NCBI RefSeq assembly: GCF_006345805.1
Contig: NC_043000.1
Span: forward strand, 116,126,001-116,190,000
Reading direction: 5' to 3'
Source: Octopus sinensis
Lineage: Eukaryota
Length of the DNA stretch: 64,000 bases
Shown here: piece by piece, positions 54,691 to 64,000 of the stretch
Numbering within the stretch: position 1 is the first letter of the stretch
Layout of the letters: each line of letters starts with the position of its first letter
Program-made: the position numbers and the translations under genes
Notes under the pieces: generated by a model
The model's input: only the letters and a program-made list of their open reading frames with translations
The model's database searches: none
What the model was told of the DNA's origin: nothing

Positions 54691-55709
54691 AGAGCCACGC
54701 CTGTACCAGCAAGGCAAATGAGAGGCTACTCTCTCCATTCATCTTTCCGATGTATTTGTCAACAGAAACGGTGTCAACAAACCTTTCACTGTTTAGCCAC
54801 TAAGTATTATTTTTAATCTACCTGACATCAAACAAATGCTGCTTTATCTCAATTACCAAGAAAACAGGATTATCTCACCAAGACATGCCACAACCTTGAG
54901 GGAAATACGATCCAAATGTTATATTATTTGATCAAAAGAATAATATCAGAGCCTAAGGGTATTTTACTCCATTCCAATTTCATTACATGAATGCGATTGA
55001 TGTTCAACACGAACTTGGGAAGACTGAGAACCGGAGGGGAATACATGCTTTGAAGATGATGGACTCTGCCTTAATTAACAGCAAAATCTTTCTCCAGGAT
55101 TCCTTAAATTTTATTTGATATTTTTGTAGTATTTTAAGAATGTAATTCGGAGGAATTAAAAAAAAAGCCTAGAATTTATTATACCCCTTATTGTTTTCAA
55201 TTACGGGTGACATCTTCCGTTTAGAAATGAATTCAAACAGAACACTTCGTCTAAAACGTACTTTGTTCATATCCGTGAGGTACGAATGGATATTAGGTGT
55301 TTAGTATAGAAACGCGCGTTATATACATAACAGATATCATATTTATGCAGCTTAAGGGCAACTGTGGGTGATATACATACCTATATTGCATGTATAAGAA
55401 GAAAAAAATAGAGATTGGGAAGTTAATAATTGTTTGTTATGAACAGCAAATTAATCATCTTCCTTTACAGCTGTTTCAATTAATATCCAGTAAATATTAA
55501 GTAAATATTAAATTTATATTTATATGACCTAAGCATAATATCTTCAGAGTGAAAATTATACCCTTGGATGTTTTATATCTGTTTATAGATTCATTATAGC
55601 GGACTGCTATAATGAATCCATGAACAAAAATCTCCTCCATTTTAGAAGATTTCCTTATTTTCTTGTTTTTTTCTTCCTTTTCTACTTCTGCACCAATAAT
55701 GCTTCAAGC

Positions 55710-55902
55710 ACGTTAGCACGCCGGGCAAAATGCTTAGCTTTATTTCGTCTGTCTTTATGTTCTGAGTTCAAATTCCACCGAGGACAACTTTGCCTTTCAT
55801 CCTTTCGGGGTCGATAAATTAAGTACCAGTTGCTTATGGGTTCGATGTAATCGATTGGACACCTCCCTCAAAATTTTGGGCCTTGTGTCTAGAGTACAAA
55901 AG
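55710..55902 (+). mobile_element. 5'-truncated SINE B monomer (tail ii) with 15-bp TSD
   Basis: aataatgcttcaagc at 55695-55709 and 55903-55917. Confidence 0.9.
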
Positions 55903-55933
55903 AATAATGCTTCAAGCGCTCAACAACGGTCTT

Positions 55934-56004
<71 letters not shown>

Positions 56005-58104
56005 TATATGTTAACACACATAAACATAATATATATATAATGAATATATATAGAAATGATTATATATATATATAGTGTAAGATATAGGTTAGAGGTTATA
56101 CAACCATCTAAGGGATAGACGTATCTGTAGGCACTCCTGGTGTATTACCTAAGTGTGTATGGTCTTTGTTATAAGGTATACGGTAGGAGGTAATTTAAAG
56201 GTAAAACCATGGTTTAATATATATAGAAAAGAAAATAAATGGAGCAATAATTAACAATGAGAAGCAGATCATTGGTGTTTTAAAGTCATTATTTAATTAC
56301 ATTACATAATCACCGTAAAACCCCAATGAGCCACTTCTCATTGTTTATTAATGCTCCATTTCTCTCTCTCTCATTCTATCTATCTATCAATCTATCTATC
56401 TATAGATACACACAAAAAACACATACACATATACACACCACACACATGCAAAATATTTTCTGATGTCATAAGAGCAAAGAACAGAGCTTTAATTTTAGTT
56501 CTCATCTCAATCATTGTACGGTAGAAGTCCTCGTGGTAAAAGAAACATGCAGACAATTAAAGTGAACCACAGGGAGAGAGAGAGAAATAGAGGGGGAGAA
56601 AGAGAAAGATAGGAAGAGAAGGGAGAGAGAATGAGAGAATGTGTGTTTGTATGCGTGTGTTGTGAATAAAAGTGGCGAGGGAGAAAGATGGAAGTGTGGA
56701 GGAGAGAAGGAAGAGAGTACATTTTGTGCATGAATCTTGTGTACGGCTTTCATCGTTTCCGTTTTCCTCCATATTTTATGAATTTTATCGACTCCCTCCT
56801 CTAGATTCTTTGCTGGAAGTACTTCGTAGTGAACCGTTTCTTAATATATTTCTACACAACCTTAATCGACTTACGGTTTTTTAAAATTTATTTCTTTGTT
56901 TGTTTCTGAACTAAAATACCGGTAAAAACTTATAAACGATCTAATCGAATATAACGAAATTTATGCTTTTATGTCTTTTAGAAACCATATTCTTTTCGTG
57001 GCTGCCTGTTTACTTTCACTGCCCTATTTCTGTCTTTGATGGTTTATTGTTTTCGTTCTTCCTGCTTTTGTTCTTTTTGTTGGAGTGTATTAAAGATTCA
57101 GAATAATTTCCTTTTGTTGCTAATCTTTCTTTTTGTGAAGGATTTCTATGTTCTTTGCCTGTTGTTCGATATTCCTTTGAAAGAAAATTTCGAGGAGAGG
57201 CATTCTTCCCTTTATCAATAAAATACTTCGATAATTTTGCCGAATTACTTTGATAACATTAATACTTACGTATTTTAACTTCCAGTCATTCTATTGCAGT
57301 CATAGTATTTTTTTATATGTACTCTTTATATAAATTTAGAAGGCTTATTTCGCTAGTCCATAAGACGACATATTAATTTTAATTATTGGAATATTTCCAT
57401 ATTTATATTAATAATCATACTGAAATTCCTGGCATTTGATATTTCTTTGCTTAGAATATATCTATATTTAAATGTCTTTGTAGGTAAAGGTATGCTGGGG
57501 TAGGATTTTATTGTGATTCATTCCTCCCTCCCATTTGCTTACATTGTATATTTTCCCTATTGATGTAAATACTCAAAGGTATTATTTTTTCCTGCTTAGT
57601 TGTTTTGTGTTGACTTTCCTTACTTGCTAGCATAGTAATGTATGTTTTCTTTGTTCGCTGTATTTATTATCATTTCACATTTTCTCTTTTAAGTTCTTTA
57701 TATGTTATATATCTACATGGTTTTAAAAATGTTATTTTTGTAAATAAGCTACACTCTTAGCTTCAAATGTATTTATACATCAAAGTTATGCACTGGTGGG
57801 TTAGTCTCGTTCTTGGCAAAATAACGTTACTATAAACTATGACGCAGTATGGTTACTTCTTTCTGTTGAAGCGATTTATTGGTTTCAGGTTTTATCTGCA
57901 ACTCTTTTTTGATTGGGTACCAGTTTGCTCGATCTTGGCGATGTGGAATCTACAATGTTTCATACTGCGAAATATTTATACAAACAACATATCTTACTTT
58001 TATTAGTCATAAATAATAAAAGTAAAATGACTTATACATAACTTAAGCCTATATCATCAATATTCTGATAAGTTGCATTTGTTTTCTTCTTCTTCATTAT
58101 TATT

Positions 58105-58206
58105 ATTATCATTATTATTATTGTTTGACTTTTGCTTTACATTTGCACAAGCTGGCTCCAAGTCTCACCCAGAGACCCCAAGAGACAAGTTAGAAGTTCA
58201 TGTTGG

Positions 58207-58251
<45 letters not shown>

Positions 58252-58660
58252 GCAGTAGTTTTAGTTTTATAACGTGCTTTTACTGCACTACCTAGTGCAG
58301 CTCTGTGTGCCTTAGGCATGTGCTATGTTTTGCTGTGATGCTCTTATTTTTACTGTATTGAAATTCTTTTAGGTAGGATGTGTGCAGTGCCGAGTAGTGC
58401 TATTTTCTGTATGTTATATGTGTTTGTAAGTCCTGGTGTTTTTATGTATTTGTCTGAATATTTTTTATCATACCTAATGCGCCCACTATGCTTCTGTTTT
58501 TAGATTCCACATTCGAGTTACCTCTATTTCCAAGTCTTTGTATTTTGAAAGTTTCTTCATTTCTTTAAGAGAAACGTTGTCATCTACTGGTATTGATACA
58601 GCAATTAGAAAGCATTTTTCTTCATGATCTCTGACAACTATATCTGGCCTATGGGCCTCA

Positions 58661-58662
<2 letters not shown>
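58105..58662 (-). mobile_element. R4/Dong-like LINE 3' end(s) embedded in (TAA)n
   Basis: IEAHRPDIVVRDHEEKCFLIAVSIPVDDNVSLKEMKKLSKYKDLEIEVTRMWNLKT (RLE PD..D motif); (ATT)n at 58095-58122, 58210-58250 and 58663-58705. Confidence 0.85.
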
Positions 58663-58704
<42 letters not shown>

Positions 58705-58707
<3 letters not shown>

Positions 58708-59215
58708 ACTGATCAATATTTGGAAGATGTAGGCAACTGTGAGTTCTTTTCTGCTGTTAGAAGTGTGCAAACCCTTCCCGGTAGTGTATTGTGGTAGTCT
58801 TTTTTGTTCCTTGATGTGTGGTACTGTCTTTTAACTTGTTACTGCTTGTATTGTGTGTTGATGCTTTGGTTTCCAAGCTTGCTGGTGGGAGTTTATTTTA
58901 CTGGGGAAATACTGTATACAGTGTATTTTGTATTTTAGGGTTGTTTTGTTTAGGTTGTATTATTGGATTGATAGTGTCTTACGTAGGATGTGGATTGTTC
59001 CTAGCAGGGCTATTTTTAAGACAATGTGTGGTGTTGAGGTTCCATGTATAGCTTCTACATTTTTGTTCATATGATATTTTAGCATGCCCAATACTCCGGT
59101 TATTATTGCTATTGTTTTTACCACATTTTGAATACTTCAATTCCGAGGATTTTTTGTATTTTGACAATATCTTCATTTCTTTTTTGACAAAGTTTTCATC
59201 AGAACGGACAACAAT
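58705..59215 (-). mobile_element. Older R4/Dong-like RLE C-terminus and 3'UTR
   Basis: DENFVKKEMKILSKYK..IAIITGVLGML..KIALLGTIHILRKTLSIQ*. Confidence 0.7.
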
Positions 59216-59221
59216 GACTTA

Positions 59222-59555
59222 ACACAGGCGTGGCTCTGTGTTGAGAAGCTTTCTTCCTAACCACATAGTTCCAGTTTCAGTCCCACTGCGTTGCACTTTG
59301 GGCAAGTGTCTTCTACTATAGTCTCGCGCCAACCAAGGCCTTGTGAGTGGATTTGGTAGATGCAAACTGAAAGACACCCGTCGTGAATATGTATATGGAG
59401 TGGCTATGTGGTAAGTAGCTTGCTAACCAACCACATGGTTCCGGGTTCAGTCCCACTGCGTGGCATCTTGGGCAAGTGTCTTCTGCTATAGCCCCGGGCC
59501 GACCAATGCCTTGTGAGTGGATTTGGTAGACGGAAACTGAAAGAAGCCTGTCGTA

Positions 59556-59606
<51 letters not shown>

Positions 59607-59825
59607 TTGTGTGTCTGTGTTTGTCCCCCTAGCATTGCTTGACAACCGATGCTGGTGTGTTTACGTCCCCGTCACTTAGCGGTTCGGCAAAAGAGACCGA
59701 TAGAATAAGTGCTGGGCTTACAAAGAATAAGTCCCGGGGTCGATTTGATCGACTGAAGGCGGTGCTCCAGCATGGCCGCAGTCAAATGACTGAAACAAGT
59801 AAAAGAGTAAAAGAGAGTAAGAGTA
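59222..59825 (+). mobile_element. SINE family C with duplicated head
   Basis: Head at 59222-59395 repeated at 59397-59555, microsatellite, tail ggcggtgctccagcatggccgcagtcaaatgactgaaacaagtaaaag. Confidence 0.9.
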
Positions 59826-59830
59826 TATAC

Positions 59831-59909
<79 letters not shown>

Positions 59910-59918
59910 TATACATAC

Positions 59919-60014
<96 letters not shown>

Positions 60015-60049
60015 GTGTGTGTATATATATTTATGCATGTGTGCCTTTG

Positions 60050-61210
60050 TGCCTGTAGTTAGGGCAGCGAACTCGCGGTTTCGATTCCCAGACCGGGCGT
60101 CGTTAATGATTATTGAGCGAAAACACTTAAAGCTCCACGTGGACTCAGCAGGAGGTGGTGACGAAGCTTGCAATACTCTTTCAACACAACTTTGTCTCAC
60201 TCTTTCTTCCTGTTTCTGTTCTTGTATTTCAAAGTGCCAGCCTTTCCACACTCTGTGCTGAATTACACCGAGAATTATGGCAAGGGTATACGTGGCTGTG
60301 GAGTGCTCCGCCACTTGCGCATTAATTTTACGAGCAGGCTAAGAAGGCGAGCTGGCAGAATCATTAGCACGCCGAGCGAAATGTTTTGTGGTATTTCGTC
60401 CGCCGTTGCGTTCTGAGTTCAAATTCCACCGAGGTTGACTTTGCCTCTCATCCTCTCAGGGGTCGATAAATTGAGTACCAGTTACGCACTCAGGTCGATG
60501 TAATCGACTTGATCCGTTTGTCTGTCCTTGTTTGTCCTATCTGTGTTAGCCCCTTGTCGGTAGTAAAAAATAGGTATTTCGTCTGCTTTTACGTTCAGAG
60601 TTCAAATTCCACCGAGGTCGACTTTACCTTTCATCCTTTCGGGGTCGATTAAATAAGTACCAGTTACGCACTTGGATCGATATAATCGACTTAATCCGTT
60701 TGTCTGTCCTTGTTTGTCCCCTCTGTGTGTAGCCCCTTGTAGGCAGTAAAGAAATAAGAAACGTTACCACTCCGGGCGAAATGCTTAGCGGTATTTCGTC
60801 TGCCGTTACGTTCTGAGTTCAAATTCCGCCGCGGTTGACTTTGCCTGTCATCCTTTCGGGGTCGATTAAATAAGTACCAGTTACACACTCGGGTCGATAT
60901 AATCGACTTAATCCGTTTGGCTCTCCTTATTTATCCTCTCTGTGTTTAGCCCCTTGTGGGTAATAAAGAAATAGATATTTCGTCTGTGTTTACGTTCTGA
61001 GTTCATATTCCGCCAAGGTCGACTTCGCCTTTCATCCTTTCGGGGTCGATTAAATAAGTACCAGTTACGCACTGGGGTCAATCTTATCGACTGGCCCCCT
61101 CCCTAAAATTTTTGACCCTTGTGTTTAGAGTAGCAAACAATTTTACGAGCAGGCTGTTCCATTGATTGGATCAACTGACACCCTCGTCGCCGTAACCGAC
61201 GGAGTGCCGT
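60050..61210 (+). mobile_element. SINE family A host split by a SINE B tetramer
   Basis: ...ggagtgctccgccacttgcgcattaattttacgagcaggct | gttccattgattggatcaactg...taaccgacggagtgcc. Confidence 0.75.
60341..61138 (+). mobile_element. SINE family B tetramer with 17-bp TSD
   Basis: Four bodies (three with tail i, last with tail ii); aattttacgagcaggct at 60324-60340 and 61139-61155. Confidence 0.9.
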
Positions 61211-61676
61211 AGTAGTAATATTATATCATTATATATATTATTATTATACATTTATTATATATTATAATTCCACAAGGATCTCGATTATCGTGTGGACTCC
61301 ATTTATACATCATTTACTATAAAATAATGAAGATTATTTCATAAGAAAATATTTCAATACTACACTTTGTTCTAATTGAATGATAAAGACGTCGAATGCT
61401 GCGAGTGAGTTTCCTATAATCGTGATATTAATGGCGTCGTCAAAAAGAAAACTGCAAATTGTTTGAAGTTTATGTATAAAAAATTCCTTGCAAAAGTTAA
61501 GAGAGCTTGTGGGAGATTAATCTATTTCGTTGCCTAACGTTAGTAGGCGTTGTGACCAGAGAAGATAAAAGACGGACATTTTTTTTCTTTACAAAAATAA
61601 AGTAGTTGAAAGAGAGACATTCAGAAGAGGAAAGAGCAGATAAATGTACTGTAAAACAATATCAAATAATTGTATA

Positions 61677-62064
61677 TCTCTCTCTATATAAACGGCAGTT
61701 TGTCTGTGCGTTTTCTGTGTGTCTGTTTTCTCGTACCCTCACTCTGACCACGGCTTTCAACCGATTCTGATGAAATTTGACACACACACACATAGCCCAA
61801 TGTCATAATTCAAAACTAACGCAGCGAAAATTTTGAAAAGTTCCCCCAGTTCTGAAAAAAATCGATAAATTCGACATGGGGTCGAGAATCAGAAACCCAA
61901 ACCACGGACCGTCTAGGGGACGCAACTCCACCTTTTTTCACTCTCAAAAAAAATTTACCATAATTTTTTTTCCATTTTTTTGCTATTTTTTGGCTATAAC
62001 TCTCTAAAAATGCTTTATAGTTATTTCCCTTACAAACCTGTGCAACGCCGGGCGATACTGCTAG
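61677..62064 (+). mobile_element. Non-autonomous Helitron
   Basis: 5' A|TC(tctctatataaacggcag), 3' hairpin cctgtgcaacgccggg then CTAG|T; internal caaccgattctgatgaaattt motif typical of invertebrate Helitron-N elements. Confidence 0.75.
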
Positions 62065-62083
62065 TATATATATATATATATAT

Positions 62084-62150
<67 letters not shown>

Positions 62151-63227
62151 TCCTTGTTTTATGTATGATATGCTTTCGAGTTGTACTGTATGTACTTTTC
62201 ATAACGTCTGCATTTTCTTCAATTGTAGTGATTAAATAAGAATTTGGTTTGTAAAGATTGATGAGAATTTTTCCCTCTTTTCTATGCTGAGGTTGCGCAG
62301 TTTTTAAAAACTTGATTGAATCTAGATCTTTGCAGGATTTAACATTTAATTCTATCTGTCGAAGAACTCATAATTTCAAAAATTAGCAGGAAAGACTTCT
62401 CTTTTTGCCTTTCGTTATTTATTTTCTGAACGGAATATGTATGACAATAAATCATTTTTGCGTAAATTTTTCTTCTCTCATATTTATGTAACGTTTTCGC
62501 GAATAGATTATTTTCATAAAAGTGCTCTCTACCTCAGACTATTGTTTCTACTTGGCAGGCTCTGTTCAGTGGTTTTATAGCATTAATATTTTTGTTCTAG
62601 AAACATCTTATTTTGTTGCAATTATTCAATTATTTTATTATCTAGCATTTAATAGATAAGACTAACATCAGTAACATTTTCTTAATGTTAATGGATATAC
62701 ATGATAACGTTTGGCGAAGTATCTACTTTACTCTCTCTCTTTTTTCTTTGCTACATATTTCATCGTGTCTCTTATGGTAATTACGTGAGATTTTATTATA
62801 GACTAAGTTTTGTGTTGTATCGTATCTATTTCCTAGAATGTTCTACTTCTGGCTGAAAAAAAATGTGTTGATTAAACTTTTTAGTTTATATTTTACCGTG
62901 TTTCAGCTCAGATATGAAAGCATAAAATTACATACAAAATTAAATCTTTTCTAAGTCTTAAAGAGCAATTCATTTCAGTTAGTCTTAGATTTTCTCGTAT
63001 AGTTTCCTGCTATAGGGTTCATTTATAGGGATGAAATATATCTGATGAAATTGTTTAAGGGCTATAAATCCATATTTGAATACACATAACTTGAATACGA
63101 GCTATTATAGCGATATCTTGAGAGAAAATATGCGCGGTAATCTATATATCACGAATCGGTGAAGCTGCGGCTTACAATATGTTATATCTGAGTTTGATGT
63201 TGAAACTATAATAATATGGCGTGTGCT

Positions 63228-63460
63228 AAGGCGGCGATCTGGCAGGAACGTTAACACGCCGGGCAAAATGCGTAGCCGTATTTCGTATGTTGTTACGTTC
63301 CGAGTTCAAATTCCGTCGAAGTCGACTTTGCCTTTCATACTTTCGGGGTCGATAAATTAAGTACCAGTTACGCACTGGGGTCGACGTAATCGACTTAATT
63401 CCATTGTCTGTCCTTGTTTGTCCACTCTGGGTTTAGCCCCTTGTGGGTAGTATAGAAATA
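63228..63460 (+). mobile_element. SINE family B monomer (tail i) with perfect 15-bp TSD
   Basis: aatatggcgtgtgct at 63213-63227 and 63461-63475. Confidence 0.9.
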
Positions 63461-63619
63461 AATATGGCGTGTGCTTTATATGCATGCCATGGATCGTTGG
63501 AAAAGTCTCATGAGAGTATAAGCGTATAACATAGGAGCGTGTGAATGCTGCATCAAGCTTTAGAAATAATATCAGCATTGTCAAAAATGTATAGCACAGG
63601 TAAAGTGATAATTTATCTT

Positions 63620-64000
63620 TTACTGGTTTCAGTCATTGGAGAGCGACCGTGCTGGAGTGCAGCCTTGAAGAATTTTTAGTCGAATAAATCGACCTCGGTA
63701 CATATTGTCTCTAAGCTTGGTACTTATTCTGTCAATCTATTTTGGCGTACTTCTAAGTTACGTAGGAGTTGTTTACGTCTCCGTAATTTAGTGGTTGTCA
63801 AATGTTGATGGGGGACAAACAATCACACACGCACAAACACACACGCTCAAACACACACACACACACACACATACACACATAAATAATTTGGCTTCTTTCA
63901 GTTCCACTCACAAGGCTTTGGTTAGCTCGAGGCTATAATAGAAGATATTGCCCATTCTGCCACGCAGTGGGACTGAACCCGGAACCATGTGGTTGGGAAG
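63620..64000 (-). mobile_element. SINE family C, running off the window end
   Basis: tttcagtcattgga...ccacgcagtgggactgaacccggaaccatgtggttgggaag. Confidence 0.8.

Noticed and set aside
56557-56884. MEENGNDES start (minus) and DSLLEVLRSEPFLNIFLHNLNRL (plus, vaguely RGS-like)
   Set aside because: Splice donors are weak or absent, the frames run into simple repeats or stops, and the similarity is too vague.
57350-57600. Possible L1 endonuclease remnant on the minus strand (HTFTYK..RYILS)
   Set aside because: Only fragments of motifs remain amid many stops; insufficient to call.
60341-61138. CRISPR-like or satellite array
   Set aside because: The units are contiguous SINE B monomers with no unique spacers, bracketed by a TSD, in a eukaryotic context.

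Overview
AT-rich, microsatellite-saturated non-coding eukaryotic DNA. The repeat families look like octopus (cephalopod) repeats; this is inference from recalled consensus sequences, not a search. No protein-coding gene can be named, and only a few short, unidentified minus-strand exon candidates were found. The window is a dense retroelement community: three tRNA-headed SINE families (called A, B and C here; about 35 copies or fragments) plus a short tRNA-Ile-derived SINE; two CR1-type LINE fragments; a Tx1/L1-clade LINE 3' end and a second 3'UTR copy, both inside (TATC)n; R4/Dong-like RLE LINE remnants, some in (TAA)n; an RTE-like zinc-finger tail; a decayed DD37D (maT) Tc1/mariner transposon with both TIRs; a non-autonomous Helitron; a 690-bp tandem triplication; and many short (TA)n-flanked elements, several folded back as palindromes, carrying type-I hammerhead ribozyme cores typical of Penelope-like elements. 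Best leads: (1) two near-canonical hammerheads (16132-16214 +, 22909-22996 -) and several degenerate relatives; (2) an apparently (TATC)n-targeted Tx1 LINE whose 3' end is shared with SINE B, which inserts as monomers to tetramers with 12-17 bp TSDs; (3) a CR1 3' stem-loop shared, with compensatory changes, by two unrelated SINEs. There is a 100-N gap at 14610-14709, and indel patterns suggest incompletely polished long-read sequence in repeats.
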